A DNA stretch of 64,000 bases, from NCBI GenBank assembly GCA_043228905.1, contig JBHGNT010000007.1, positions 19,220,001 through 19,284,000 of the forward strand, written 5' to 3'. A program made the position numbers and the translations under genes. Within the stretch, counting starts at the first letter, position 1. The number at the start of each line of letters is the position of its first letter. The notes below the pieces were generated by a model that did not search any database, was not told the origin of the DNA, and was given only the letters and a program-made list of their open reading frames with translations. Origin of the DNA: Azolla caroliniana (Eukaryota > Plantae > Polypodiophyta). Shown here in pieces: positions 25,950-40,213 of the stretch.

Positions 25950-26784
25950 TAACCAATTCTTACGAAGCGGATGTGATGGTTTCATCAACCTAGACTATTT
26001 AACCTTGAAACATCCACACCCACCTAGCTATCCACAAATACCATACAAACAATTGGAGTCAATTGATCCCACAACTCCTTTATTTGCAAAACAATATTCA
26101 TGCCAAATAAAACCATGCCAGAGTGCAACAATCCAATTTGTTAATTCCGAAAGTGTCATTGGAGTCCATCTCATAAGAAGAAACAGAATTAGGAAAGGAA
26201 CTCCAGACTACATTGCCCAGTGAAATGAAGCCCATGAACCTTGCAATGACAAAAATTCTCAAAAAGCCTATTCCAGAACTTCCTTCAAACACAATGGCTA
26301 ATGTATTCTTGTGATTGACAAATTGGGCAACCTACCTAAGCATGGCATATCCACATACCAATTCAAACGTTATGCAATTGAAAAGTTGTAATTCTTTGAG
26401 CAATTGGCCTATTCCAAATTTGACCCCTGAAATTCATCAAGAACAAGTTAGGAATCCCTTGAGCATTCCAATAATCCTCCACGACAAAGTGCTTATGGGT
26501 CTTATTAAGAATAATATGTCTACCTAACTTTACGGGGTATTGAAAAAAAGTAATCACCTTATCATCCATTGATCCTTCCAAATAAATCTCTAGGATGCCA
26601 TAATAATAGTACCAAAGGTCACTTATCCAACACACCCATAGAATCTTGTGGATTCAAGTCAATAAACCAATCATTAAATGATCTAGCCACAACTCTCACC
26701 CTACCAACATTAGCTAACTATAAGACCTTCATGTCTGCCATGTTAGCCACTATCTACCATCCTCAAAAACTTGCAATTCATTAT
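25950..26784 (-). mobile_element. decayed L1 3' fragment (zf-RVT region)
   Basis: Minus-strand ...QIWNRPIAQRITTF...GMW...GCPICQSQEYISHC aligns by eye with the zf-RVT of the L1 at ~53000-53200. Confidence 0.6.
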
Positions 26785-27181
26785 TGTTGGGGGAAAAGCC
26801 CTAGTTTGCCCATGTTGTATCTTTAGTGTGAACACTCAGTTAACCTAACTATAAAAGTAGGTAACTAAACATTGTAAATATAGTTTTGGAGGGTAATTGA
26901 AAACAGGAGTCTCTTTGAGCGAATCTGTCTCTCTTTGTGTAATTGTCATCTTGTTCATCTTTCTCTAATTTGAGTAGTACACATATCCTCTCTTGTTGCT
27001 TTTTGGTTGTTGTTTGCTTGACTCACTAAATGATCCATACTACTTCCCTTGTACAAGCTAACTAAGACAAGAGTATTGTCATAAACTATATCAGGGCGAC
27101 TGTAGTCCAACAAGAACAACAATATCGACACAAGAGAAGCAATTGAAGGAAAGGACCAGGCCAACAATATTACTTCCAACA
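26785..27181 (+). mobile_element. LTR-like segment (TGTTGG...CCAACA, ~397 bp), not similar to the downstream copia LTRs
   Basis: Perfect 6-bp terminal inverted repeat and an internal TATAAAA. No matching TSD (ATTAT vs GAAGA) and no PBS after it. Confidence 0.55.
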
Positions 27182-30100
27182 GAAGATGACATTGATATCC
27201 GGCCTTGGCGTGGAAATCCGGAAATTTGATGGCAAAAACTTTACCCTATAGAAGGAGATGATGCAGGATGTATTAATCATCCGACAACAAGTTGAACCAA
27301 TACGACACAACAGTAAGCCGGCTTCAATGACAACAAAAGAATGGTGATCTTTGGACGAAATTGCCAGATCGGCCATCCGAATGCACCTAGCCAAAAACTT
27401 CTACTTTACCATGGCAAAAGAGATGTCGGTGTACACCCTATGGGAAAAGTTGTGGGCCGTCTACGAGAAGAAATCGTCTTCATCAAAACTCATATTGATC
27501 CAGAATATGAAGATAAAGGAATCAGGGCTGACAACCTCCCATATTCTATTTGGATGGGTGCTAGCCGAACTATCCTCTCAAGGGTTAAACTTCGAAGAAG
27601 AAATAAAAGCCCTTGCGCTTCCCTCAAGTTTGCCAGCAAACTGGGAAGTGTTCTACACAATGTTCACCAATAGCTCAACTGAAGCTAACTCTGGACAAAG
27701 CTATTGGAACGATCTTGTCGGAAGATATCTAGTGAAGGTCAATGGGACTCTTCATTGACGACAATGCAAAAGTTCTTAGGAGAATCGGCTCAAAGAGCAA
27801 GCTGTAGCCAAAGCTGAGCAAAGAGGAGAGAAGACAGAAAACGATCGAAATCCCGATCCGGTAGGACAAATGTCTTCTGCACAAATTGCAAAAAGGCCGG
27901 CCAAAATATTGTTGAAACCTCATTCCAGTGAAGAACGTACACTTAGAGAAGTGCACTGATTGTTTGGCCGGTAAGCAGAACCGGACCTCCTTCCGACCAA
28001 GGCCACTGATGCACCACTGGAGTTGGTGCATACGGATGTGTGTCAAGTAGACACGAAGTCACATGCCGGAGCGCAGTACTTCGTGACGTTCATAGATGAC
28101 CACAGCCGGAAGCTGTGGGCCACACCGTTCAAGACGAAGAATCAGGTGTTATCCGTCTTCAAAGAGCTCCACACGAGAGTGGAAAGAGAAACCGGCTGGA
28201 AGCTGAAGGCGGTTCGTGTAGATAACGGAGGAGAATACCGGGGGCAGTTCGAGGAGTACTGCCGCTCGAAGGGAATCCGGCTCGAATTTACCGTGCCGAA
28301 GACGCCGGAACTAAACGAGCTGGCCGAGAGGATGAACCGGACCATAATGGAGAGGGTCCGGAGTATGCTGGCGCATGCAAAACTACCCAAGAAGTTTTGG
28401 GCTGAGGCATTGTCGACGGCGACATACGTGATAAACAAATCACCCTCAGTACCCTTGGACGGAGACACGCCACAGAGAGTTTGGACCGGTAAGGAAGTGT
28501 CCTACTGGCATCTAAACGTGTTCGGGTGTCTCGTGTACGTGCATGTAGCTAAGGACCGGAGAGGAAAGTTAGATCCAAAGACCCGGCCATGCATATTCCT
28601 CGGTTACGGCGATGATGAGTTCGGCTACCGAGTCTGGGACCCGGTCGACAAGAAGGTATTCCGGAGTCGAGATATTATCTTCATGGAGGACAAGACGCTC
28701 GTTGACTGGGAGTCGGGGAAGAAGATAATGAACTCCGAGTCGACCGATAAGGATAGAATCTACAATGAATAGACCCAACCGGCAAGAGACCGGTTAGCAC
28801 TCGAGGAGCCAGCCGGTTACGGTGAGGATATCGAACCGGCAGAAGAAGTAGAGGAAGTTGAAACCGGAACCGGCCAAGACCCCGAGTCAGATTCGGATGA
28901 AGAGCAAATGGAGGAGCTGGTTACCGAAGCCCGAAGACGGAGATGTCCTCTCAGAGAGAGAAAGGCCCCCCAGAGATTTCCGGATGCAGAGCATGTTCTG
29001 CTGACCGATGAGGGGGAGCTGGAAAGCTTCGAAGAAGCGAAGGATGACACCCACAACCGAAAATGGTTAAGTGCCATGTAGGACGAGATGGATTCCCTAC
29101 ATGAGAACCATACGTACGAATTGGTGGAGTTGCCGAAAGGAAAGCGGGCACTCCGAAACAAGTGGGTGTACAAGTTGAAACCGGGAGATGCCAGCAACCC
29201 CCCAAGATACAAAGCCAGGATCGTGGTGAAGGGGTTCCAGTAGAAGAAGGGCGTGGACTTCGACGAGATATTTGCCCCGGTAGTAAAGATGACCTCCATC
29301 CGGACGGTGCTGAGTATAGCGGCAAGCATGGACCTCGAGGTAGAGCAGCTCGACGTGAAGACGACATTCCTTCACGGTGACCTCGAAGAGGAGATCTACA
29401 TGCAGCAACCGGAATGATTCGTGGAGAAAGGGAAGGAGCACTTGGTTTGCCGGTTGAAGAAGAGCCTCTACGGGTTGAAGCAGGCCCCCCTGCAATGGTA
29501 CCGGAAGTTCGACTCCTTCATGACCGATCAAGGCTACCACAAGACACAAGCCGATCACTGCATGTTTGTGAAGAAGTTCGAAGGAGGCGACTTCCTGATA
29601 CTCCTTCTGTACGTGGATGACATGTTGATCGTCGGACGGGACCAAGTCAAAATACGGACGCTGAAGAAGGTTCTCAACCAGACCTTCTCAATGAAAGACT
29701 TGAGTCCGGCAAGACAGATGCTGGTGATGCACATCATTCGGGACCGGTCAACGAAGCAATTATGGCTGTCACAGGAGAAGTACGTGACAAAGGTGCTTCA
29801 CCGGTTCAACATGTCAGATGCAAAACCGGTCGGATCGACACTTCCGGCAAACTGCAAGTTATCCGGTAAGCAAAGCCCGAAGACGAAAGCAGAGAAGGCG
29901 GATATGATGAAGATTCCATATGCCTCTGCCGTCAGTTTGTATGCAATGGTTTGTACCCGATCGGATATAGGATACGCAGTCGGAGTCGTGAGCCGGTTTA
30001 TGAGCAATCCCGGCAAGGAGCACTGGAATGCGGTCAAATGGATACTCCGGTATTTGAAGGGCACTTTAAATATGTCTCCGATTCGGCTCCGGAAAACCTC

Positions 30101-31091
30101 AACTTGACGGTTTCACCGATTCGAACATGTCGGCTTATGTGGATACCAGCCGGTCCACATCCGGGTATGTAATAACATATGCAGGGGGAGCTGTTTCGTG
30201 GCAGTCGAGGCTGCATAAGACGGTTGCGTTGTCAACCACGGAGGCGGAGTACATGGCGGTTGTGGAAGCCGGCAAATATTATGGATGAAGGACTTCATCG
30301 GAGAGCTCGGTATCCGACAAGATGAATACCGGCTCTATTGCGACAGTCAAAGTGCCATCCACCTTGCTAAGAATGCGGCCTACCATTCCCGGACGAAGCA
30401 TATCCAACGAAGGTATCACTGGATCCGGGAAAGAGTAGATGACCAGGAGTTCGCGCTGACGAAGATCCACACGGCCGAGAACGGGTCAGATATGCTAACC
30501 AAAGTGTTGATACCCGACAAGCTGGATGCATGCCGGAAGAGGATCGGACTGGTAAGACACCCCATGCCGGAGTGAAGGGGGAGTTTGTTGGGAGACAGGT
30601 CCCTCCGGATGGGAAGGGAGAAGAACATTGCCGATGAACAAACTCGGCCTAGGCTGATAGGCCGAGGCCGAAATCAGATAATGAGTACCCGACTACGGAG
30701 AGTCGAATGATACAGACCCGGTGAAGAACGGATGAGGAGTACCCAGCTTCGGAGAGCCGGATGGTACAGACCCGATGAAGACCGGATGAGGAGTACCCGG
30801 CTACAGAGAGCCGGATGGTACAGACCGGATGAAGAGTACCCGGCTACGGAGAGCCGGATGGTATAGACCCGGTGAGAACCGGATGAGGAGTACTCGGCTA
30901 CGGAGAGCCGGATGGTGCAGACCCAGTGAGAACCGGATGAAGAGACATATTTGTAAATATGTTTCTGAGAGTCCATCATGGCTATATTTGTAAATAGCCG
31001 AAAAGTCATATTAGTATAAATATGACTTAGGGCAAACTTTTAGTGGTTGTTGTCATTCTTGTTTTGCACGAGATTAGTGCGCGTAACAGTG

Positions 31092-31134
<43 letters not shown>

Positions 31135-31404
31135 GTCATTGCCTCAGTTGTAACCGCCGCCTGTGGCGAAGATTGTGAGCACGAGGTCGTTGCCTTCGTG
31201 AACTCACTGTTGTACATTCTTACATAGTGACAGTTTGCAGCCAGTGGGCTGCCGTGGTTTTTTTCCCTAGTTTGGGGTTTTCCATGTAAACCTCCTGTGT
31301 ACTCTTCTCTTCTTTGTGTCGTTTATTATTTCCCGTTTTCTGTGTATGATTCTAAGCTCGGTTGTGGCCGAGCATTGCGGATAAGGAGCGTTGAGTTCAC
31401 GACA
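27182..31404 (+). mobile_element. decayed Ty1/copia retrotransposon 1: gag, integrase, RT, RNase H, PPT and 3' LTR (30586-31404)
   Basis: gag from ATG 27186 (IRKFDGKNF); integrase VHTDVC...FIDDHSR...DNGGEY; RT LKKSLYGLKQ and LLYVDDML; RNase H CDSQSAIHLAKN...HSRTKHI; PPT GAAGGGGGAG at ~30574; LTR TG...CA. Protease region deleted; stops and frameshifts present. Confidence 0.95.
30683..30945 (+). repeat. tandem array, 5 x ~54 bp (GAGTACCCGGCTACGGAGAGCCGGATGGTACAGACCCGGTGAGAACCGGATGAG), inside the LTR
   Basis: Units start at 30683, 30737, 30791 (short), 30834 and 30888. Confidence 0.92.
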
Positions 31405-34400
31405 GAAGGATGTTCGACACGTTCCGGAGGTTCGGCTGAACCTGATATCAGCCGGTCGACTGGATGATGAAGGCTACACTACATAGGTAGCATCCAGAAC
31501 GGAGTGATGAAGTTCAGCAAAGGGAGCCTAATAGTGGCTCGAGCCCAAAAGGTCAACACACTGTACTTAATGCATGCCTGGATATTCTGGGAAGAAGTGA
31601 ACGTAGCATCCGACATTGCCGATGAGCTATGGCACAAAAAACTGTGTCACATGAGTGAGAAGGGGATGAAGAGACTTGCCGAAGGCAATCTCATTCCGGT
31701 GAAGGACGTGCACCGATTGCTTGGCCGGCAAGCAAAACCGAACCTCCTTCTGGTCAAGACCACTAATGAGACGGAATGCACCACTAGAACTAGTGCATAC
31801 GGATGTGTATCAAGTGGACACGAAGTCACATGCCGGATCGCAGTACTTCGTGACGTTCATAGATGACCACTGCCAGAAGTTGTGGGTCTCATCGTTGAAG
31901 ACGAAGGATCAAGGGTTATCTGTCTTCAAGGAGCTCCAGGCGAGAGTGGATCTGAAGGCGGTTAGAGCGGACAACGGAGGAGAATACCGGGGGTAGTTCG
32001 AGGAGTACTGCCGGTCGAAGGGAATCCAGCTCGAATTCACCGTGCCGAAGACGCCGGAATTGAACGGGCTGTCCGGAGCATGCTAGCACATGCAAAGTTA
32101 CCCAAGACGTTTTGGGCTGAGGCGTTGACGACAACCGCCTATGTGATAAACAGATCGCCCTTAGTACCCTTGAACAGAGACTCACCATAGAAAGTATGGA
32201 CCGGTAAGGACGTATCTTACCAGCATCTGAAGGTGTTTGGGTGTCTCACTTACGTACATGTGGCAAAGGACAAGAGAGCAAAGCTGGATCCGAAGTCCTG
32301 GCCATGCATATTCCTTGGATACAGTGATGATGAGTTCGGTTACCGGGTGTGGGATTTGGTCGACAAGAAGGTGTTCGGGAGTCGGGACATAGTCTTCATG
32401 GAAGACAGGACCATTGTCGACTGGGAGTTGGAGAAGAAGATGATGAACTCCGGATCATCCAATGAAAACTGGTTAGAGGACACAAGGACCTACCCGGTTG
32501 AAAACCGGATGCCAGCCGGTAACCGGATGAACTCGATGAACCGGCCGGATACAGACAAGAAACAAAACTGGCCAAAGAAGAAGAAGAAGACACCGGAACC
32601 GGACAAGATCCCGAATCGAATTCGGATTCGGAACAAACGGAGGAACCGATAGTCAGAAACCAAGGACGGAGATATCCTCTCTGAGAGACAAGAGCCCCCT
32701 GGAGATTTCCATATGCAGAGCATGTGTTGCTAATCGATGAGGGGGAACCGGAAAGCTTCGAAGAAGTAAAGAGAGACACCCACAGCCGCAAGTGGTTGAG
32801 TACCATGCAGGATGAGATGGATTCCCTACATGAGAACCACACATATGAATTGACAGAGTTGTCGAAAGGGAAGAGAGTCGGGAGACTCCGGAACAAGTGG
32901 GTGTACAAGAAAAAACCGGGAGATGTCGGAAACCCACCAAGATACAAAGCCCGGATCGTGGTGAAGGGCTTCAAGCAGGAAAAGGGAGTGGACTTCGATG
33001 AGATCTTTGCCCCGGTAGTAAAGATGACATCCATCTGGACAGTATTGGGCATAGCGGCAAGCATGGACCTCGAGGTAGAGCAGCTAGATGTCAAGACGGC
33101 ATTCCTACATGGCAACCTCGAAAAAGAGATCTACATGCATCAACCGGAAGGATTCGAGAAGAAAGGGAAGGAGCACTTGGTGTGCCGGCTGAAGAAGAGC
33201 TTATATGGACTGAAGCAAGCTCCCCGGCAATGGTACTGGAAGTTTGACTCCTTCATGACCGATCAAGGGTACCACAAGACGCAGGCCGATCACTACGCGT
33301 TTGTGAAGAAATTTTACGGAGGAGATTTCCTTATACTCCTCTTATATGTGGATGATATGTTGATTGTCGGACGAGACCAAGGCAAGATTCGGATGCTGAA
33401 GAAGGCTTTGAACCGAACCTTCTCAATGAAAGACTTGGGTTCGGCAAGACAAATATTGGGAATGCACATCATCCGGGACCGGTCGAAGAAGTTGTTGTGG
33501 TTGTCACAGGAGAAGTACATGACAAAGGTGTTTCAACGGTTCAACATGTCGGAGGCAAAACCAGTCGGATCGACAGTTCTAGCAAATTGCAAGCTATCCG
33601 GAAAACAAAGCCCGACCACAAAGGCAGAGAAGACAGATATGATGAAGATACCATATGCCTCTGCCGTTGGAAGCTTGATGTACGCGATGGTATGTACCCG
33701 GCGGATATCGGATATGCAGTCGGAGTGGTGAGCCGATACATGAGCAATCCCGGAAGAGAGCACTAGAACACAATCAAGTAGATACTCTGGTATCTGAAAG
33801 GCACCTTGAGTATGTGCCTCCAGTTCGGCTCTGGTAATCCCCAATATGACGGATTCACGGATTTGGATATGTCGGCTGATGTGGATACCAACCGGTCTAC
33901 ATCCGGATATGTCATGGCAGGGGGAGTTGTTTCGTGGCAGTCGAGGCTATAGAAGACGGTTGCGTTGTCAACCACGGAAGCGGAGTACATGGCAGTTGTG
34001 GAAGCCGGCAAGGAGATAATTTGGATGAAGGACTTCATCGGAGAGCTAGGGATCCAACAGGAGGAATACCGGCTCTACTGCGATAGTCAAAGTGTCATCC
34101 ACCTTGCAAAGAACGCGGCCTTCCATTCCCGAACGAAACATATCCAGTGGAGGTACCACTGGATCTGGGAGAGAGTGGAAGATCAAGAGTTCGTGCTGAC
34201 GAAGATCCACACGGAAGAGAACAGGTCGGATATGTTGACCAAGGTGTTGACAACCGACAAGTTAGATGCATGCCGAAAGCGGATCGGGCTGGCGAGACAT
34301 CCCATGCTGGAGTGAAGGGGGAGATTGTTGGGAAATCGGTCCCTCCTGATGGGATCCGGTTATGAATGAAGAGGACCCGGTGAGAACCGGAAGAGACCCG

Positions 34401-34565
34401 GAAACCGGATCGAATGGACCTGATGAGAACCAGAAGAGAAGACATATTTGTAAATATGTTTTGAGTAAGCCTATTGAGGCTATATTTGTAAATAGCCCTA
34501 AGTTCATATAAGTATAAATATGACTTAGGCCAAACACTTTATAGCGTGTGTTGTAGTGGTTGTTG

Positions 34566-34611
<46 letters not shown>

Positions 34612-34891
34612 CAGAGCGATACTCTATTGTAACCACCGGTTGGCGAAGATACAGAGCTCGAGGTCGTCTCCGAGTCTCTGTTTGTACCTTTCTCCTATAG
34701 TGATAGTTGGAGTCTGTGGGCTCCCGTGGTTATTCCCATTTAGGGTTTTCCATGTAAACATCTTGTGTACCCTCTATTGTTTGTGTGTGTGTACGTGCGT
34801 TCACTCCCTACTTCCCATTTCTGTGTTTGATTTTCATTGAAGTGATTCAAGACTCGGCTATGGCTGAGCAATATTCCGCATTATTTCATCA
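31405..34891 (+). mobile_element. decayed Ty1/copia retrotransposon 2 (5'-truncated at the end of protease), with PPT and 3' LTR (34326-34891)
   Basis: Starts KDVRHVPEVRLNLISAGRLDDEG; GAG-pre-integrase LWHKKLCHMSE; integrase; RT 32724-33731 with YVDD; RNase H to 34315; PPT GAAGGGGGAGA; LTR TGTTGGGA...CATCA. Same family as element 1. Confidence 0.95.
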
Positions 34892-35389
34892 AGAAGTAAT
34901 TAGAAACATTGTAAGGAAAATAGATTAAAAAGATATTATGAGGTGCCGCATACGGAAAGATGTATCGATCCAAGTAAACACCGTTTTGTATCCGAACCGG
35001 CTACCTATATAAGGAGTTTGGATTGTATTGATTAGGCAACGAGTAATATAATTCATTGTTGTTATAGTTTCTGTACTTGCCTTTTGCACGTCTATGTTTT
35101 AATCTTACACATGTTAATTCATATCTGGATTGTGTGCCACAAAGTGTATCGGATAACCGTATATATATATATATATATCGGGGAACGTAACCAGATAATG
35201 CATAATCATACGTGCACATAATTCCATTCCTCTGACCACACATTTGGATACTACTCCGAAAAGGAATACATTGTGTTTGAGACTAAGACTTAGTCCAAGA
35301 TAAACATATATATATACACACACACACATATGAAATATTGTATGTTTTAGTTTGTGTGTGGTATTACATTTTAGCTCTTACATTGTAAC

Positions 35390-37450
35390 ACTGCCTTCTT
35401 AATATCAAGTACAACTTGTTCTACATTGTTATTTAATCTCTCTCTTTGTCAATCCTTTCCATCGTGTTTTGGCTCTTCTTAATTTTCATGTAACAACTCA
35501 TGTCATCCATCAAAGGTAGTGTCCTTTTAATGATGCTAAGATTCCTACAATATCCTCCTCTAGAGTCTAGAACACACTTATATCCAACATGTCATTCAAA
35601 CAATATTTGAAAACTTAAGTGCATATGCCTATTCCCATCCTTAACAAAGCATCTCAATCGATGCCCCACAAACTGTTTCATTGGGGGTTTACATTTAAGA
35701 GATGTGAACTTGCAATAAGCAATTTCTTTTTTTGAATTGTTGAAATGGTAGATAGTAGTCATCGTTTGTTACAATGTCAAATTACTCACCAAATTTAGGG
35801 TTACATTTCTCAAAATTGCTAAAATTTGTCACATTTTTTTTATGCTAAGATAGTGAGTGTTGTCATGATAATAATCATGACATTACTACAAAGTAGAAAA
35901 ATGAAAGAGAGAATGAAGAAGAACGAGGTAAATTCAGAGAGTTAACGAGATCGAGAATTGGCAAGCTAATGTAGGTGGAGTAACTTTATTAGAGTAAAAA
36001 ACTAATTACATTTAGAAAATGTTTCATCTTGATCGAGTACCTCTTTAAATAGGTTTTACTCTGAAATGCATGAACATTGAGATTGGGAATTCCCGCGTCA
36101 TGTTGAGCATATAATATTCTCTTAGACAAAATATAAGGCAATAACGCAATTGGTGTAATGGTTCGAATTTGACGCATGCTCCAATAAAGGTCATGAGTTG
36201 CCTTTTAGTGGTGAGATGTCATGATACTGTGCAATTCACATAGCTCAATTTGAGATCATAGATTGGGATCATTTTCCTTTTTCTAAGATATTGAGGATTG
36301 CGTCATAATTGAAATATACACAATTTTTCTATATTTCATGGGAGGGATGGAGTTACCTAAAAACTAAAAGGGTTAGAAGTGTTTACCTAAAAAATGTTAA
36401 GAGTTAACTCAGTACATAAAGTTTCTTGATGTATCTCTGCTTCCCATGGGTTAAGATTCGCTTTTGAGATAAAAATGTTTGTACATGAATAGAGCATTCA
36501 CATACAAGCTCACCGGTCTAGGTTATACTTTAAGGAAGCCACCCAAGTTGTCATATCCTCTAAATAAGTCATCAAATGCCTCATCCTCTATGTTGACCAT
36601 TTATAAAAGTAAGTGAGTTATTCGTTGCATACATCTCATACTTTATTTTGATGTCGAGGGCAAAGTACTCTAAGGGCTCTACAAGAATTAAGACTCATGT
36701 TGATTATAAGGCATAGTTGAATACAATCACTAGGCATTCTTGAATATTGAATCCAAAATTTAAGGTTAAGAATTGTAACTAAAATATTCCAATTTGGAAT
36801 TTTTTTAGCATCTTGTGATTTCATCCTTAGACTTTGCATTAGCCATCCCTCAATAATTATATACTGCTTAGGCCATAGAGGCTCTAAGAAGTCTTCTACA
36901 CACCAAGGTTTGAGCCTTCTTTTTATGTCACCTTTTATAGATGTAAGAAATAGTGTTTTCAATTTCTTTTGTGTGGAATTGGATTTAACATTCATAAGGA
37001 GGGTCGATATTTATCGTTAAATATTGATGTTTTGTTGGAAATGCTCGTGAGGTACCGTATCAAAAGCTTCCGAAAGTTTGTAAATCAACAATAAAATCCT
37101 TTCACCTTTCAATTGACTTTCCCCCTTTAGGACTAGATCAATGGTGACATAGTGATCAATGGTCTTATAATATTTTCAAAACCCTACCTATTTGTATGTT
37201 CTCTTTCCATTCTCTTCAATCCTTGCACTCAACTTTGCTAGCATTACACATCCAAATAGCTTTATAGTAAAAGAAACAACCATGATTATCTTACAATTAT
37301 TTATACTATTTGTATTTATCTAAAATTTCCCCCATTCAATCTCAAAGAGTGACAAGGTGGTCAATAGTGTTTCGGAAATCTACTTATTAGGATGCTCTCT
37401 TTCAATTCTATTCGGCCCATTCACTTAGATTTTCTTTCAATACACATCCA
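35390..37450 (-). mobile_element. highly decayed RTE-like LINE relic
   Basis: AFDTVPHE-like RT motif at ~37025-37050 on the minus strand, with C-terminal-like remnants at 35500-35730. No intact ORF. Confidence 0.45.
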
Positions 37451-40213
37451 AATAGCTTTATATGATACAACCAACCACAGTTGCTAGATATATGTTTTGC
37501 CATTTGTAAATTTCACACTTTCTATAAAGGTTTGATCCAATTTGTACTCCATGTTGGAGTGCACAATTAAACATATCACGTATCCCAATATCTGTTTCCT
37601 TTCTCATCCATTTGAGCATATTTACCTTGATAATGGCCAATTTATTAAGTTCTTTACATGCATTCTCAATGGTAAGAAGGAAGACATATATTGGAGAGAA
37701 TCTTCTCATGTTCGATTACTCATATAAATTATGACGCATATACCAATAAGACTTATAATAGTATCATAGTTTTTGGCACTCCTTTTTATAGAATTTGTTT
37801 TCTCAAGCCAAATTTATTGGTGCCTTCGCAATCATGGAACAATCTCTTTGTGTGGATGAAAAAATTACTTGCTTGAAAGTTTCACATTTGCATTGTTTTG
37901 GAGTTGATCTTTGTGAGTTTGAAGCCATCTTGGTATTTTTATGTGCTTTTTTAAAGTCTACGTACAAATATGGTTCTCTTGCACTTTGGCGAACATGGTC
38001 ACTCTAAGCATTTGTGTATATTTAAGAGCAATACATAAAGTTCTATGATTTGATTATGTAGTTCATTTGCCATGTGAAAATTGATGTATACATCACATAG
38101 AAATTAGATGAGATGAAACATCACCTTCTTCATAAAGAAAAAGTGGCCTATGAGACCAATAGCTACATCCATCTGAATCTTATAGAAGTCTTACAAGAAT
38201 AAAGTAACTCAACATAAAGTATGCAGTGTGCACAAATTATGTAGGTTTCCCATGCAAATATGGTTACGATAAAATATAATTATATATCAACCATGGGTAC
38301 AAGTAAGGTGGAGGATACACCATAAATAAACAAATAAATATCTTGGAGAGGCAAAACACATGGATCAAGCCATGAAAGGTCGAGAGAGAGAGAGAGAGAG
38401 AGTGTGTGTGTGTGTGTGTGTGTGTGCACAATTCACACAACTTGACCTAAGATTAAAGATGGAGATTGTCTTCCTATTTATGTGATATTGGGGATTGCGT
38501 CATAATTGGGATCTCTTTAGTGCCTTTTTATTTGATAGTAGACATTGAGTTAAAGCATATCTACAAAAATTGAAGGGAGTATTGACGCGGCAGCTTTTGT
38601 TTATTGGAACACGTCGGAATTCTTTCATCAGTGGAGTGTTTGTCTTGCCTATTGGCAATTTAACATGTCCCACTACCCATGTAGCAGTGCACCACTTGGT
38701 TATAATATCATTGTCGTGTTTTTCATACACAATCATTAATATAATTGTGTGTTTCCACTAGAGAGAGAGAGAGCAAGCGAGAGAGAGATGTCTTAAAACT
38801 TTTCTTGGTTTGGCCTTCAAAAGATATATTTTCGGTTTTTTTAGGTTCAAGTTTGAGCTTGCCATCAAAATAATACGAAATTTATTTTGCCTCCAAAAAA
38901 TAGAAGGCGGTATGATTTACATCTTTTAAGATTTTGGCTATTAGAAAACAAGGAAATTTCCATATTAGGGCAAGCTAGATGTGCACACTCTTCCTCAATC
39001 AACGGTTTGAGGTTGAGACGTATCTCATACATTGATGTGAAGCTTTCACGTCCATTTGCTAATGCTTCTTATCATCAATTATCCAATACATCAAACTCGC
39101 AGAACTTTTTCATCTTAGGCAAACCAATCCTAGCCTCTTAAGAACTTATGCTCTCTATTTAAATATAGGAGTGGCCCTTAGATAAAATAAATGAGGAGAT
39201 TGTGACTATAGATGCCCTTGGCTTTTGAAGGCTCTTCCTAGGTTCCATAGGGCATATTTTTAGTGTCCATAGGACCGTAAATAATTATTGTGTTTTGGGC
39301 ATCGTAACAGATGTTGTATGTTCATTGGGTGATGATTCAACACCAAGGAGGTGGGTTGAAACCAACTTTGCGCAAAAGGTGCGGGTGGTTAAGATATCCA
39401 ATCTATTTGTGATGATAATATGCAATATAGAGAATGGGAAATGCTAGACCAAATGGTTTTGAATGTCATATATTGATAAAATCTTAGTTTGATTGTTTTT
39501 GTAATTGCCTATAGGCTCCTTTACTAGCTTAGCCTATATGTCCAAATTTTGTAACGTTCTATAGGGCCTTCGTATACTAGGAAAAGTCTCGAAAAGTGGG
39601 TGAATTTCTTAATGGCTAATAACAGTACTTGAATAAATGTTATTCCTATGGGAAGTGGATCATTTATTACTAGCTTCTTTCCTCTCTCTCTACCATATTC
39701 GCCTATTTTTAATTCATGGCAGAGACATGGCATCACATTGGGCTCTACGAATAGTATGTGTCCCTCCTATAACCAACATTTCCATCTACATGTCTCAATG
39801 TGCAATCCATACACACACAGAAATGAAATGTCGTATTAGCATTTGCTAAAAAGGGGTAATTAATATGTAGTAGTTGAAACAACTTTGTCCTTGGAACAAT
39901 CTTGATGCAATGTGTAACGTCTTATGTAAAAATCTATAACCATTGAGGCCAAACCCACTCCAAAGAGTATCAAAAAGTAAACAAACATGTGCTAGTTATG
40001 CACTTGAAAATGTAGTCTTTTACAATTGCATGTCCCTTTAGCGTAGCTAGCACACCTTCTCATGTTATGGAAGTGTCTAACATAGTTAGCTAGCTTTTCA
40101 TAGCTATTGTACAATGCATCCAATGTGTAAATTAAGAGATGCAGAATAAGGCCATACAACTTAAATTAGGAATTCATCACAACATGCCAGTGTGAATTGT
40201 CTTCCACACCTAG

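Noticed and set aside
28142-33844. Several 100-240 aa minus-strand ORFs over the copia region
   Set aside because: They are antisense shadows of GC-rich pol coding sequence.
34909-35240. Short TG...CA segments resembling TRIM solo LTRs
   Set aside because: No matching TSD, PBS or PPT, and no second copy in the window.
37450-39450. Short ORF-like fragments on the minus strand
   Set aside because: No recognisable domain or splice-consistent chain; probably old TE debris.
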